From: Tolypothrix carrinoi HA7290-LM1
GTDB lineage: Bacteria; Cyanobacteriota; Cyanobacteriia; Cyanobacteriales; Nostocaceae
DNA length: 64,000 nucleotides
Direction of reading: 5' to 3'
Assembly: GCA_019358935.1 (NCBI GenBank)
Contig: JAHHIK010000014.1
Coordinates: 37,120-101,119, forward strand
The translations under genes and the position numbers were made by a program. The stretch's first letter is position 1. Each line of letters begins with the position of its first letter. The notes below the pieces were generated by a model, which did no database searches, was not told the origin of the DNA, and was given only the letters and a program-made list of their open reading frames with translations. Below, piece after piece: positions 30,994 through 41,709 of this stretch.

Positions 30994-31907
30994 AACTGTG
31001 CGCGATTATTGCGGACGAATTCGCGAAACATAGTTGGCTTTTGTCCGGTAATTTCCGGAATATTATCATAAACATCAGCAAAATCGGGAAGTTTTCCCGC
31101 TTGCAATAGTTCCATCTGACGGACAATGCACTCAAAGTAAGCAGGTTCCATCGTTTGACCGATGGGTAAGTTTCGCATCTGGGCAGCAGGTAACGGCTCG
31201 TAAGTGATAATTTTGTCAAGTTCCTCTGAGAGGATTTGCGCGGCTTGAGTCATATTCAGCGCTTCTACACTCAGGAAATATCGTTCTCCTGCGTGCTTTT
31301 GCGGGTTACGCAAGGCAGCTGCCGCAACACTAGCCAAATCAAAACAGTCTATCAATCCGACGCGATCGTGACCGAAAAACATGCGAAGTTTGTTATCTTG
31401 CACCGCACCGAAGAAATTTTGCATAAATGCGTTAGGGTGCAGGTGAGTCCAGGCGATACCGCTGGCTTCGATGTATGTTTCAATAAGTTGATGCCAAATG
31501 TAATGGCGAATCAATTTTGTTTGCGGGCGATCGCGTTGATGGAAAGTACCGACATGTACGATATATTCAACACCTGCATTTTTCGCAGCATCAGTTAAGT
31601 TTTTACCTTGACTGAGCATGTCCACGGTGTAGCCTGTAATCATAAATAAACGTTGTACACCTTGCAATGCTTTTTCATAAGTCGAAAGGTCATCAAGGTC
31701 AAGATGTACAGTTGAGATACCGCGTTTTCTAAAGGTTTCAGCTTGTTCGGGTTTGCGAACTGCAACGCATATCTCAACATTGTCTGAACCAGCGTCTTTT
31801 TCTAATAGGTTGACAAGGTGAGAACCTGTTCTGCCAGTAGCACCGAGAATTAAAGCAACAGGATGAGAATTACTCATTTTATGGAATCTCCACAACCAAG
31901 TTACCAA
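30990..31907 (-). CDS. NmrA-like NAD(P)-binding protein (start probably ATG at 31877)
   Basis: ILGATGRTG Rossmann motif and PNAFMQN. Confidence 0.88.
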   Translation of the reverse strand: MVTWLWRFHKMSNSHPVALILGATGRTGSHLVNLLEKDAGSDNVEICVAVRKPEQAETFRKRGISTVHLDLDDLSTYEKALQGVQRLFMITGYTVDMLSQGKNLTDAAKNAGVEYIVHVGTFHQRDRPQTKLIRHYIWHQLIETYIEASGIAWTHLHPNAFMQNFFGAVQDNKLRMFFGHDRVGLIDCFDLASVAAAALRNPQKHAGERYFLSVEALNMTQAAQILSEELDKIITYEPLPAAQMRNLPIGQTMEPAYFECIVRQMELLQAGKLPDFADVYDNIPEITGQKPTMFREFVRNNRAQL

Positions 31908-32919
31908 CAGCTTGTCCGCTTTCCATCATTTCATGTGCTGCGGCAATTTGCGATAAAGGAAAACGTTGAGCAATTACATGATGCAATCCAGCTTTTAAAC
32001 AAGTTGTAATATCTTCTGCGGCTTTCTGATGCGCTTCTTTCGGCATCATATAAACTAGCACGTAATGAACCGTGACATTTTTGTAGACTAAAGAATAAAA
32101 AGGTATCTGCGGTTCTTTATTTGAATCAGACGCATAGGTGGCAATAATTCCATTGCGCTTCAATACTGCCAAGTTAGTTTCTAAATTACTGGCAAAGTCT
32201 ACATCAACAACTCGATCGACGCCTTTATTATCTGTTATTTCTTTTATTCGAGCCGCCACATCTTCTGTTTTATAGTTGATCGCATAATCTGCTTTCCCCA
32301 AACGAGCGATTTCGGCTTTCTGGGGAGAACTTACGGTGGTGATAACTTTTGCACCCCCCCATTTTGCCAGTTGAATCGCATAGTTACCAACTGCACCCGC
32401 ACCACCAGTTACGAGGATTGTTTGTCCAGTGACTGCACCATCTTTAAAGACGCAATTATGTGCCGTCATTGCGGGAACACCCAAACAAGCGCCGGCAGCA
32501 AATTCGGTGTTATCCGGTAATAAAACTGCATTTTCACTCGGTATAACTACATATTCTGCCGCAGTTCCAAATGGATGCGCCAAAGTTGCTTCATAAATCC
32601 AAACTCTTTCCCCCACTCTTTCAGGAGATACCCCTTCTCCTACTGCGTCAATTATCCCGGCTCCATCATTGTGAGGAATTACCCGTGAATGTCGCATTTT
32701 TAGCCCACCCCAGCCACTCCGCTGCTTGACATCCGATGGATTGACACCAGAAGCGTACACTCGCACGCGGACTTCATTTGCACCTGGTTGGGGAATTTCT
32801 ACTTCACCAATATTTAGTACTTCTTGAGGATTGCCAAGTTTCTCGTACCATGCTGCTTTCATAGTTTTTATTGTTTGAGGTTCAAGGGTTATGCTCATTT
32901 TCTCTAAAAATGCGCCCAA
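31879..32919 (-). CDS. NADPH:quinone reductase (zeta-crystallin/MDR family)
   Basis: GVNPSD, PHNDGAG, GTAAEY, GGAGAVG. Confidence 0.92.
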   Translation of the reverse strand: MGAFLEKMSITLEPQTIKTMKAAWYEKLGNPQEVLNIGEVEIPQPGANEVRVRVYASGVNPSDVKQRSGWGGLKMRHSRVIPHNDGAGIIDAVGEGVSPERVGERVWIYEATLAHPFGTAAEYVVIPSENAVLLPDNTEFAAGACLGVPAMTAHNCVFKDGAVTGQTILVTGGAGAVGNYAIQLAKWGGAKVITTVSSPQKAEIARLGKADYAINYKTEDVAARIKEITDNKGVDRVVDVDFASNLETNLAVLKRNGIIATYASDSNKEPQIPFYSLVYKNVTVHYVLVYMMPKEAHQKAAEDITTCLKAGLHHVIAQRFPLSQIAAAHEMMESGQAVGNLVVEIP

Positions 32920-33065
32920 ACCTTAGAAGAGTTGGGCTACATATACACACACTCGTGTGCCTTTGCAGCCTCAAGATTAAGCTCCTAAATGTAGTAACGG
33001 CTACCCTACGGGAAAGCTCCGCTAACAGCCGTTGAAACGCTTGCAATTGAGCGGTAAACCGCTGA

Positions 33066-34526
33066 CTACGAAATTATCTCAGCTAATCTGCGAATTGCTT
33101 CGACTAGTTGCTGTTGTGTGAGTTCGCTGTAGCCAAAGATAAATTCACCTGTGCGATGCGGTGTGAGATACTGAGGAGCAGCAGACATCATCGCGATACC
33201 AACTTTTGCAGCACGTTGAATTATCTCTTCATCGCTGAGATGGGTGTGTAACTGCACCATCAAATGAATTCCCGCTTTTTCGCCTAAAATTGTGGCGTTT
33301 TCCCCAAAGTTAATTTTTAAGGCTTTGACGAGAACTTGACGACGGCGATCGTAAAGTTCGCGCATTTTTCTGATGTGACGTTCTAAATGTCCTTCGGCGA
33401 TGAAGTCTGCAAGCACTTGCTGTTCTAATATGGGTAAATGGCGATCGCTTAACCACTTCGCACGAGCAAATAAAGCAACTAAGCTTTTTGGCAGCACTAA
33501 ATAACCAATCCGCAAGCCGGGAAACAGCACTTTGGAAAAAGTACCACTATATAATACTGAATCACTGCGATCCAATCCTTGCAAAGCTGGAATCGGGCGA
33601 TCGCCATAACGATATTCACTATCATAATCATCTTCAATAATCATCGCCCCACTTTGCTGTGCCCAAGCGAGTAATTCCAACCGACGCGGTAGAGATAAAG
33701 TTGCGCCGGTGGGGAATTGGTGAGAAGGTGTGACGTAAACCAGCCGAATCGGTTCGTTTGTATAATTTGTCAGTTCTTTTACCAGCAAACCTGACTCATC
33801 CACAGCAATCGGTAAAAGTTTCGCACCTTGAGTTTGAAAAATTAACCGAGCGCTGAGATAACCTGGATCTTCAAGTGCGATCGTATCACCGGGCGCGATC
33901 AACAAACGAACAATTAAATCGAGTGCTTGTTGCGTACCGTTAGTAATTAGCACTTGATTTGCTTCGCACTTCACAGCGCGGGAAGATAGATAAAGAGCGA
34001 TCGCTTCTCGCAACTTTTTATAACCCAAAGGATCTATTGAATAGTCCAACCAATTCAAATTAGAGCTACAATAACGCCCAAGTAGCCTGCGCCACAACTT
34101 AATCGGAAATTGTTCAAAAGCCGGTCGTCCATAACGGAAATTAATCGTGGCATTTACTTCAGCAATTCTAGGGACATTCTCTGTATTAGATAAAGTGATT
34201 GCATACTGATTTAACTTGACTGGTGGACGAGTAATTTTTCCAGCAGACTCAATCGGTGTTGAACGCAACAAATCATCCGGAAGTTGAGCGCAGACAAACG
34301 TACCAGAACCCACAACAGTTTCTAAATAACCCTCGCAAAGTAGTTGTTCATAACTTTGGGTGACAGTAGTACGAGAAATACCGAGAGATTTCGCAAGCGA
34401 TCGCGTAGAAGGAATCCGTCCCCCAGGTGACAACCGTCCGCTAAGAATGCAGTATCGCAGTTCTTGATAAAGCTGCTGATGTAAGGGTAGAGAGGAATTA
34501 TTGTCAAGCCTTATTGCTAAATCCAT
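33066..34526 (-). CDS. MocR/GabR-family GntR regulator with PLP aminotransferase-like domain
   Basis: wHTH PSTRSLAKSLGISRTTV, TPSHQFPTG, EDDYDSE, GTFSK. Confidence 0.95.
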   Translation of the reverse strand: MDLAIRLDNNSSLPLHQQLYQELRYCILSGRLSPGGRIPSTRSLAKSLGISRTTVTQSYEQLLCEGYLETVVGSGTFVCAQLPDDLLRSTPIESAGKITRPPVKLNQYAITLSNTENVPRIAEVNATINFRYGRPAFEQFPIKLWRRLLGRYCSSNLNWLDYSIDPLGYKKLREAIALYLSSRAVKCEANQVLITNGTQQALDLIVRLLIAPGDTIALEDPGYLSARLIFQTQGAKLLPIAVDESGLLVKELTNYTNEPIRLVYVTPSHQFPTGATLSLPRRLELLAWAQQSGAMIIEDDYDSEYRYGDRPIPALQGLDRSDSVLYSGTFSKVLFPGLRIGYLVLPKSLVALFARAKWLSDRHLPILEQQVLADFIAEGHLERHIRKMRELYDRRRQVLVKALKINFGENATILGEKAGIHLMVQLHTHLSDEEIIQRAAKVGIAMMSAAPQYLTPHRTGEFIFGYSELTQQQLVEAIRRLAEIIS

Positions 34527-34575
34527 ACTCTGCGTACCTTTGCGTTTACCTTTGCGAACCTTTGCGTTTCAATCC

Positions 34576-34626
34576 AAAGTGGACTTATATTAAATCACAA
34601 AAGTGGCTCTTGTATAAGACCACTTT
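34576..34626. promoter_or_regulatory. putative MocR operator (two direct and one inverted AAAGTGG)
   Basis: AAAGTGG at 34576 and 34600, CCACTTT at 34620, in the divergent intergenic region. Confidence 0.65.
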
Positions 34627-34668
34627 CACTTATTACGCTAACAGTAGTTGAAATAAACGCTCCCAACA

Positions 34669-35157
34669 ATGCTGACGCAAAGACAAATCATCATCAGAGA
34701 AGCAACAACCCAAGAAGACTTACTGATTGCACAGCACTTTTACCAAATGTGGCAAGATATGGGCATCCCCGAAGACGCTATCAACCCAGACTGGCATAAT
34801 ATCACCCTTGAGTTTATCAAGCAGGCGCGTCGAGATTTGTTTTACAAAGCTTTTGTCGCGGAAGTTGATAATGCAGTTGTTGGTTCTGCAAGTTGTCAAA
34901 TCATTGGGGATTTATTCCCGAATATTTTTAAACCAGAGTACCGCAAAACCGGATACATTTGGGGCGTTTACGTCGAACCATCTTACCGCAGACAAGGCAT
35001 AGCCAAACAATTAACTAGCATAGCAGTAGAGTATTTGAAAGCGATCGCCTGCACGCAAGTAGTTCTTGGTGCCTCACCAGCAGGTAAACCAGTATATTCC
35101 AGTCTTGGTTTCTCCCAAGGCAATCAAATGATACTTAATCTCGTAGTGAGCGCTTAA
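34669..35157 (+). CDS. GNAT N-acetyltransferase
   Basis: VYVEPSYRRQGIA motif A. Confidence 0.9.
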   Translation: MLTQRQIIIREATTQEDLLIAQHFYQMWQDMGIPEDAINPDWHNITLEFIKQARRDLFYKAFVAEVDNAVVGSASCQIIGDLFPNIFKPEYRKTGYIWGVYVEPSYRRQGIAKQLTSIAVEYLKAIACTQVVLGASPAGKPVYSSLGFSQGNQMILNLVVSA

Positions 35158-35173
35158 GCGCTCCAAATCATCT

Positions 35174-35845
35174 ATGAATAATCCAGAAAACCTAACTCCC
35201 ACACAACGCAGCCAAATCAAACGAGTACCTCAGCGCGGAAATTATGAACGCCAAGTTATCTATCAAATTTTAGATGAAGGCTTAATTTGTCATCTTGGAT
35301 TTGCAGTAGACAATCAGCCGTTCGTCATTCCCACTGCTTACGGTCGCGTGGAAGACCAACTTTACATACACGGTTCACCAGCAAGTCGCATGTTGCGCTC
35401 CTTAATTACTGGTATTGAAGTTTGCCTAACCGTCACCTTACTTGATGGTTTGGTAATGGCGCGTTCAGCCTTCCATCACTCAATGAACTATCGTTCTGTA
35501 GTCATATTTGGTACAGCAAGCGTAGTAAAAGATGCCGAAGAAAAGCTAGAGGCTCTACGAGCTTTCACCGAGCATGTAGTACCCGGACGATGGGCAGAAG
35601 TGCGCCAACCCAGCCGCCAAGAATTACAAGGAACCTTAGTACTATCGCTTCCCTTAGCCGAAGCATCTGCCAAGATACGGACTGGTGCGCCATTAGATGA
35701 TGAAATAGATTACGATTTACCAGTGTGGGCGGGTGTTGTACCATTGCAATTAGTTGCTGGTGAAGCGATCGCTGATTCTCGTTTGCAACCAGGTATTACT
35801 CCACCGACTTATATACAAAATTACACTCGCGTGCATGTAATATAA
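35174..35845 (+). CDS. pyridoxamine 5'-phosphate oxidase-like flavin-binding protein (NimA-like)
   Basis: YIHGSPASRM, ARSAFHHSMNYRSVV. Confidence 0.9.
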   Translation: MNNPENLTPTQRSQIKRVPQRGNYERQVIYQILDEGLICHLGFAVDNQPFVIPTAYGRVEDQLYIHGSPASRMLRSLITGIEVCLTVTLLDGLVMARSAFHHSMNYRSVVIFGTASVVKDAEEKLEALRAFTEHVVPGRWAEVRQPSRQELQGTLVLSLPLAEASAKIRTGAPLDDEIDYDLPVWAGVVPLQLVAGEAIADSRLQPGITPPTYIQNYTRVHVI

Positions 35846-35851
35846 AATACA

Positions 35852-36430
35852 TCAATTATGGCAATTGACATCTGAAAATTTTCCTAGCCAAGCCTGCTCG
35901 TGCTTTTCATAACAGCTGTCAATCATGTTAACGTAACAGTATTTCGCATGAGCATCTAACTTAATTAACGCCTTCCAGGTTTGAGGATTAATCACACCAT
36001 CGGCGGTCATTTGGCAGGATACCTGAAAATCTTTGACAGCAGCAGCAGTTTTTTGTTGAAAGACACCATCGACTGCACCAAAGTAGTAACCAGCGTATCT
36101 TAGTGCCTCTTGAACAGCTTTAACTACTGAACTAGCAGTACCAACATGCAAGCGTGGCAAGCTAGCAGGTCCGTCACACAAGAAAGCCCAAGTTTTTGGT
36201 CCGACAATGCCATCTATCGGTAAAAAAGTCAGGCATTGCAGGTATTTAACCGCAATTAAAGTGTTTTGATTAAAGTAGCCAGTTTCCGCCACATTTTGGG
36301 GAAACGACGATGCGGTATCAAATTCCCTTAGCCGCTGATTGAGAATATTTTGCATTTGTTTGACTTCTTCACGACTCGCACCTAATTCTAGGGTTGGTCT
36401 GTGGAGAAGATATGGAATTACCCTCACCAT
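35852..36430 (-). CDS. peptidoglycan-binding domain protein (two PG_binding_1 repeats)
   Basis: DGIVGPKTW and AVKDFQ...DGVINPQTW. Confidence 0.85.
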   Translation of the reverse strand: MVRVIPYLLHRPTLELGASREEVKQMQNILNQRLREFDTASSFPQNVAETGYFNQNTLIAVKYLQCLTFLPIDGIVGPKTWAFLCDGPASLPRLHVGTASSVVKAVQEALRYAGYYFGAVDGVFQQKTAAAVKDFQVSCQMTADGVINPQTWKALIKLDAHAKYCYVNMIDSCYEKHEQAWLGKFSDVNCHN

Positions 36431-36568
36431 AATCTAGATATCTCCTTGATGCTTTTTTAGCTGATAGAAGAAGATCCATATGGTTTATGGTTATTCCGGA
36501 GAATCTTTGGGGTAATTTCTTTGGGTATAGCTTGTATGGTTCTGTATCAATGCAAGCACGCAACCTTG

Positions 36569-36605
36569 AGGCGATAAGCAAAGCTTAAACCTTTGCTTAT
36601 CGCCT
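36569..36605. terminator. hairpin downstream of 36674..37900
   Basis: AGGCGATAAGCAAAG-N7-CTTTGCTTATCGCCT. Confidence 0.65.
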
Positions 36606-36673
36606 AATTCATCTGCTTGATTGGTGCAACGCCGCTTTTTTTGTCGCCGTAAGAGTGGCAACGAGCACTGCTT

Positions 36674-37900
36674 CTAATTTCCAATTGGTGCTGCTAAAGG
36701 TTGGCGTGGTGTACCACCTCCACCAATGCTGTTCGGTTTGTTGTTGTCCACAACCTTCACCGCATCAATGATTTTGGCGAAGTCAGCTTGGAGCGCTGCA
36801 TCTCCATGAACTTGATGTCCGGTGACTTGCTCGTACTCTTGCTCGGCGCTTCGCTCAACGCAGAGGTAATTGTAGTCCCACCCGGAATCGTCAACGACGT
36901 AAGCACCGTAGTCTTGCATCGCTTTAAAGATTTTCTTGCCTGCTTTGCTAGTCAGTCCCAAGCTCTCTGCTGTGACATTGGGCGGAATTGCTAGCAACGA
37001 ACCCATAACCAGCGCCGGATTGGAGCCATGATATTGGTTTGCCGCATTAGAATCAGCGAGACGGGCGGGCCAGCGGCGACCGGGAGTTGACGATGCAGAA
37101 TTGTAGTGCAGCCAGTTGCCCCAGATAACAATCTTGAGTGCGTGAGGGATAGGGTCGTCGTTCAACAACTCACCTTTGCGAATGCTACCGCCAATGCTCG
37201 ACATCCCCGAACCACCATGTCCACCGTCAATGCCATCACCGTAGATGTCCTGCTGTCCAAACCAGACGCCGTAAAGCGGGGCACCCTCCTCACAACGGGT
37301 GGTGACGTTATAAGATACCAGGGTTTTGCCATCCGGCATTAAGAACGCCGAGGAGTTGTTGGGAGTAGACCCTGGCTTTGCATCCTCAATGACGAGATCG
37401 TAAGGAACGTTCAACGGTTGACCCGCTTCGGGATGCCATTGCGCCTGCTGCTGCGGCGTAGTGCCGGTGCAGCGACCTTGACCCCAAGAACCAGGCATAT
37501 AGGTTGGCACAGCTGGGTCGCTTTCCTTGGTTATGATGAACCAGTCGGTGTCAACTCCAACGCTCTTTGAGCCGATATAGGCATCAACGTATTGCGCGTT
37601 TGATCCAATCGGCATATTCCAGATGCTGTCGCAGGCAAACGGCTGTGTGTACTTGTCGCGTGTTTGACTTTGACTGCATTTGCTAGCATCCGAGCTGAAT
37701 GTTGGAGTGCTAGCTTGGGCTATGAAAGTGGGGGTAGTAGGAGTTGGGTGTGAAAGCTTTCTTGAGCTATTTGCTAGCTGCGGTTTGGTATCTTTACTCA
37801 GACTCAAGCTTGATTGATTTTGAATGCTAGCGCTGATTAGGGAAGCAGCATTGAGAGCATGGCTAATAGTACTCAAGGTACTAGAATCAGAAATTATCAT
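36674..37900 (-). CDS. hypothetical protein, GC-richer than its flanks
   Basis: 408-aa ORF; Ser/Thr-rich N-terminus followed by a globular domain starting PFACDSIWNMPIG. Confidence 0.8.
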   Translation of the reverse strand: MIISDSSTLSTISHALNAASLISASIQNQSSLSLSKDTKPQLANSSRKLSHPTPTTPTFIAQASTPTFSSDASKCSQSQTRDKYTQPFACDSIWNMPIGSNAQYVDAYIGSKSVGVDTDWFIITKESDPAVPTYMPGSWGQGRCTGTTPQQQAQWHPEAGQPLNVPYDLVIEDAKPGSTPNNSSAFLMPDGKTLVSYNVTTRCEEGAPLYGVWFGQQDIYGDGIDGGHGGSGMSSIGGSIRKGELLNDDPIPHALKIVIWGNWLHYNSASSTPGRRWPARLADSNAANQYHGSNPALVMGSLLAIPPNVTAESLGLTSKAGKKIFKAMQDYGAYVVDDSGWDYNYLCVERSAEQEYEQVTGHQVHGDAALQADFAKIIDAVKVVDNNKPNSIGGGGTPRQPLAAPIGN

Positions 37901-38371
37901 TTGCCTCTTCTCTTTTGATCAAGGTTGGCTGAAGCTCACAGAAAAGTGAGTTTTCTTGCTCCAAGTTGGTAGAAGCAAAACCCTGAAAAACTCTTTCTTT
38001 AACTCCAAGGGACTTGGCATCCTCATTGGATTTGAGCTATATCAACCCGAAGTGAAGTAAAGCCTGCTTACGCAAGTAAGGGCTTAAACTCTTCCTCAAG
38101 TTGTCTACTTTACACAAACTTGTTCAGAATATGTCAAAACTTTAAGTATGTCAATGCGTAATTCTAATGAAGAGAAATGATAGTATTTTATCTTCATTTT
38201 TATCGCGCTAACCCATATCTTGTGTATCTTGTCAATCCGTAAGTCCTAATGTAGCCTTTAGGAAAGACCGCACTCAATCTTATTCCAGCCCTTGGGCTTG
38301 GCTCGTTCCGACGCTCGTTCCGACGCTCGTTCCTCGCTAACGCTGCGCTATCGCTAACGCTTCAAAGATCG

Positions 38372-38939
38372 CCAGTACGAATAGACCCAAACCGACTCCT
38401 GGATGTGGACTCACCGTGTATTTAATTGCTCGTTGCGTGTCGTGGATTTGGATGTTGCCGAGTGTATCTTTTTTCGTTCTCATATGCCTTAATGTCATCC
38501 CGTCAGCTTATGAAAGCTAGTATTTAATCTAATACGTATCGTATTATTCAAAGAAAGCGGTGATGAGAAAAATGAGTGAAAAAAAATCGCCTTTAGGTGT
38601 AGGGGAGAACCATAAAAATAAATCTCCAGCCCAACGGGAGAGCCAGTACGAATAGAACGCCAGTCCGCTCAACGCGGGGAACCCGCGCACGCGGCTGGCT
38701 CCGGAAACCGACTCCTGGATGTGGACTCACCGTGTTTTGAAATTATTCGCACGGCTTGTGCGGATCTAGGTCTTCGGGCTGGAGATTTATTTACTGGTAA
38801 GTGCCTAGGAAGACCGCGATCAAAAGAATCACAACAAGCAATCTGTGCTGCGTGGAAGTTATTAGAGACAACAACTTATCAGGGATTTGTCGCTCATGAG
38901 TGCGATCGCATGAGAGAAAAATTAAGAAATGGAACGTAA
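38372..38939 (+). pseudogene. duplicated, decayed hypothetical gene fragments
   Basis: CCAGTACGAATAGA...AAACCGACTCCTGGATGTGGACTCACCGTGT at about 38372 and 38644; the second copy is interrupted by a GC-rich palindromic repeat. Confidence 0.45.
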
Positions 38940-39213
38940 TAAGTAGAACTTACTCAGAAAATAATTGATAATTGGTACGAATTGCAAAGGAACTTATTTA
39001 CGCGCATTCGTGCTCCCGTATATTTTGGAAAATCCGAGCAGCACTTGCACTTGAAAATTTATTTTTAGCTTTTGCTTGTCAATGCGCTCATTCCTATATA
39101 CATAGGAATGAGCGCTTTCCTAAAGTCTTGTAGGGGACCCTTCATGAATTGCCCCTACGTAAATTCAAGCTTTGACGACATGAGTGCGTAAGTCTTATAT
39201 ACATAAAAAAATC

Positions 39214-39651
39214 TCACAACTGATGAGCATTATGATTTAAACGCATCATAATTTTTTCTGGTTCTGTCAAATTTTTAAAACCGTAACGACGATAAAGCCC
39301 GTGGGCATCTTTTGTTCCTAATAACCACCTTTGAACATCTTGTAATTCTGGATATTCCAAAATATAGTTGACAAACCATTTACCTAAACCCTGTCCTCGA
39401 TAAGGCTCAAGAATAAAAACATCTTTTAACAACGCAGAAGTTGCATAATCAGTGATTACTCTAGCAAAGCCAACTTGTGTATCACCTTCATAAAGTCCAA
39501 AGCATAAAGAATTTTTGATTGACTTTTCGACAATTCTTAATGGAATATTCTCAGTCCAATAGCAACTTTGTAAAAAATCATGAATTGCTTTTATATCTAA
39601 TTTAGATTTATCCGTACTGATATAAAACTTATGTTTTAATTCTTCGTTCAT
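39214..39651 (-). CDS. GNAT N-acetyltransferase
   Basis: GFARVITD, YRGQGLG, DAHGLY. Confidence 0.9.
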   Translation of the reverse strand: MNEELKHKFYISTDKSKLDIKAIHDFLQSCYWTENIPLRIVEKSIKNSLCFGLYEGDTQVGFARVITDYATSALLKDVFILEPYRGQGLGKWFVNYILEYPELQDVQRWLLGTKDAHGLYRRYGFKNLTEPEKIMMRLNHNAHQL

Positions 39652-39880
39652 CAGACTACATTGATTATTTATAGTGTTTAGATATGGTAATTAATTTTAA
39701 TTCATCTGTGCGGTCAGCGCATTAAAGTCGTTAAAACCCCTCTTCCTTCACTCGTCTTTCAGCCATATTTTGAGTAGTCAAAAGGAAAATTAAATATTTT
39801 ATACATATTAATGTAGAAAATACTGAACCCTGAACTTGATAGCCAAGGTTATATTAAGATACACGTCATGTAAATGAAGT

Positions 39881-41362
39881 GTGCAAGGAGAAGGGTGCAT
39901 TTACCTACCATTGATTATGAATCAACATCAACCCCCAGCTTGGAAAGATGTCCGTGCTGCTTTTCAAAAAATTTGGGGTTATGATGATTTTCGTCCCCCA
40001 CAAGGAGAAATTATCCGCTGTTTGTTGGCAGAAAAAGACGCATTAATTATTATGCCCACAGGTGGCGGAAAGTCAATATGCTTTCAGTTGCCGGCACTGC
40101 TACAAACAGGATTAACGCTAGTAGTTTCCCCCTTGGTAGCGTTGATGGAAAATCAAGTGCAAGAACTACATCAGCGCAACTTGAGTGCAGCGCTTTTGCA
40201 TAGTGAATTGCCTTCTAGCCAACGACGTGCGGTTTTGCAAGCTTTGGAACGACAACAGCTAAGATTGCTGTATTTATCGCCAGAAACTTTACTGAGTGCG
40301 CCAGTTTGGGAAAGATTGTGTCAGCCGCAGTTAAAAATTAACGGATTGATATTAGATGAGGCACATTGTCTGGTACAATGGGGCGATACATTTCGACCAG
40401 CTTATCGAAGATTGGGGGCGGTGCGACCAGCGCTGCTAAAATTTAAACCACAGGGAACACACATCAGCGTAGCCGCTTTTACCGCCACCGCCGATCCTCT
40501 GGCTCAAAAAACTATTAAAGAAGTCTTAAGATTAGAGCAACCGGCGTTTTTTCGTGTTAATCCGTACCGTTCTAATCTTAACCCCACTGTTCGCATTGTT
40601 TGGACACCAAGAGGCAGAAAGCAACATTTATTAAAGTTTATTCAAGAACGGAAACAAGAACCTGGGTTAGTTTATGTACGTACTCGGCGAGATAGCGAGA
40701 ATTTAGCTGAGTGGTTGAGAGAAAAAGGTTATTCTACAACTTCTTATCATGCGGGATTGGGTGCAGAAAAACGCCGTGCAGTAGAAGCGAGTTGGCTAAG
40801 TGGAAAAACCATGTTTGTTGTTTGTACTTGTGCGTTTGGGATGGGGATAAATAAGCCAGATGTGCGTTGGGTGGTTCACTTCCACGCACCGCATTTGCTT
40901 TCGGAGTATGTGCAAGAAATTGGACGCGCTGGAAGAGATGGAAAACCAGCGCAAGCATTGATGTTGATTAGTGAACCTACGGGATGGTTAGATCCAGAGG
41001 ATAAGCAAAGACAGAAGTTTTTTGAGGATCAGATGCGATCGCAACAACTTTCCGCACAACAACTGATGAAAAAACTGCCGAAAAAGGGAGAAGTCAATGC
41101 AGTAGCCAAACAATTTCCCGATGGTGCTGTTGCTCTTTCTTTACTACACAGCAGCGGTCAGTTAAACTGGCTTAACCCTTTTGAGTACATTATTGAAGAA
41201 AGCAGACCAAAGCAGTTAACGACGCAATTACATGCTGCAAAGCAAATGAATCAGTATCTTACAACAAAGCAATGCCGCTGGCAGTTTTTGTTAAATGCTT
41301 TTGGTTTTGGCAAAGAAGCGGCAAACTGGCAGTGTGGACATTGCGATAATTGCAGGAAGTAG
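39881..41362 (+). CDS. recQ: RecQ-family ATP-dependent DNA helicase, short form (start probably ATG at 39917)
   Basis: PTGGGKS, DEAH, TATA, QEIGRAGRDG and a C-terminal Cys cluster; no HRDC domain visible. Confidence 0.88.
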   Translation: MQGEGCIYLPLIMNQHQPPAWKDVRAAFQKIWGYDDFRPPQGEIIRCLLAEKDALIIMPTGGGKSICFQLPALLQTGLTLVVSPLVALMENQVQELHQRNLSAALLHSELPSSQRRAVLQALERQQLRLLYLSPETLLSAPVWERLCQPQLKINGLILDEAHCLVQWGDTFRPAYRRLGAVRPALLKFKPQGTHISVAAFTATADPLAQKTIKEVLRLEQPAFFRVNPYRSNLNPTVRIVWTPRGRKQHLLKFIQERKQEPGLVYVRTRRDSENLAEWLREKGYSTTSYHAGLGAEKRRAVEASWLSGKTMFVVCTCAFGMGINKPDVRWVVHFHAPHLLSEYVQEIGRAGRDGKPAQALMLISEPTGWLDPEDKQRQKFFEDQMRSQQLSAQQLMKKLPKKGEVNAVAKQFPDGAVALSLLHSSGQLNWLNPFEYIIEESRPKQLTTQLHAAKQMNQYLTTKQCRWQFLLNAFGFGKEAANWQCGHCDNCRK

Positions 41363-41709
41363 TTAGTTGTTAGTTGTTGGTTGTTAGTTGATGGTTGTTA
41401 GTTGACGGTTAACAGTTATCAACGCTCCCACATTCATCTGTTGCACACTTTATTACTCAATGAATATTCAATGCTATATAGTAAACACTTTGATATCAAA
41501 AGATTTAAGAATGCCTGCATAGAATTTATCAATGCATCAGAACATAAGGTATCTAACGCAAAAGTAATTGGGGATGAGGTGCATCTCCAGTATAAAGAGG
41601 CGGGTACAGGAGATGTGTATCATGTAGTGTTTAAGCCTTGGGTTTAAGTTATAATTAGTAAATAAATTATTAATAAAAATAAACATAATTAGTTGGCTTT
41701 ATATAAATT

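Noticed and set aside
39881..41362. Short RecQ as a novel helicase
   Set aside because: Short RecQ paralogs lacking HRDC are common.
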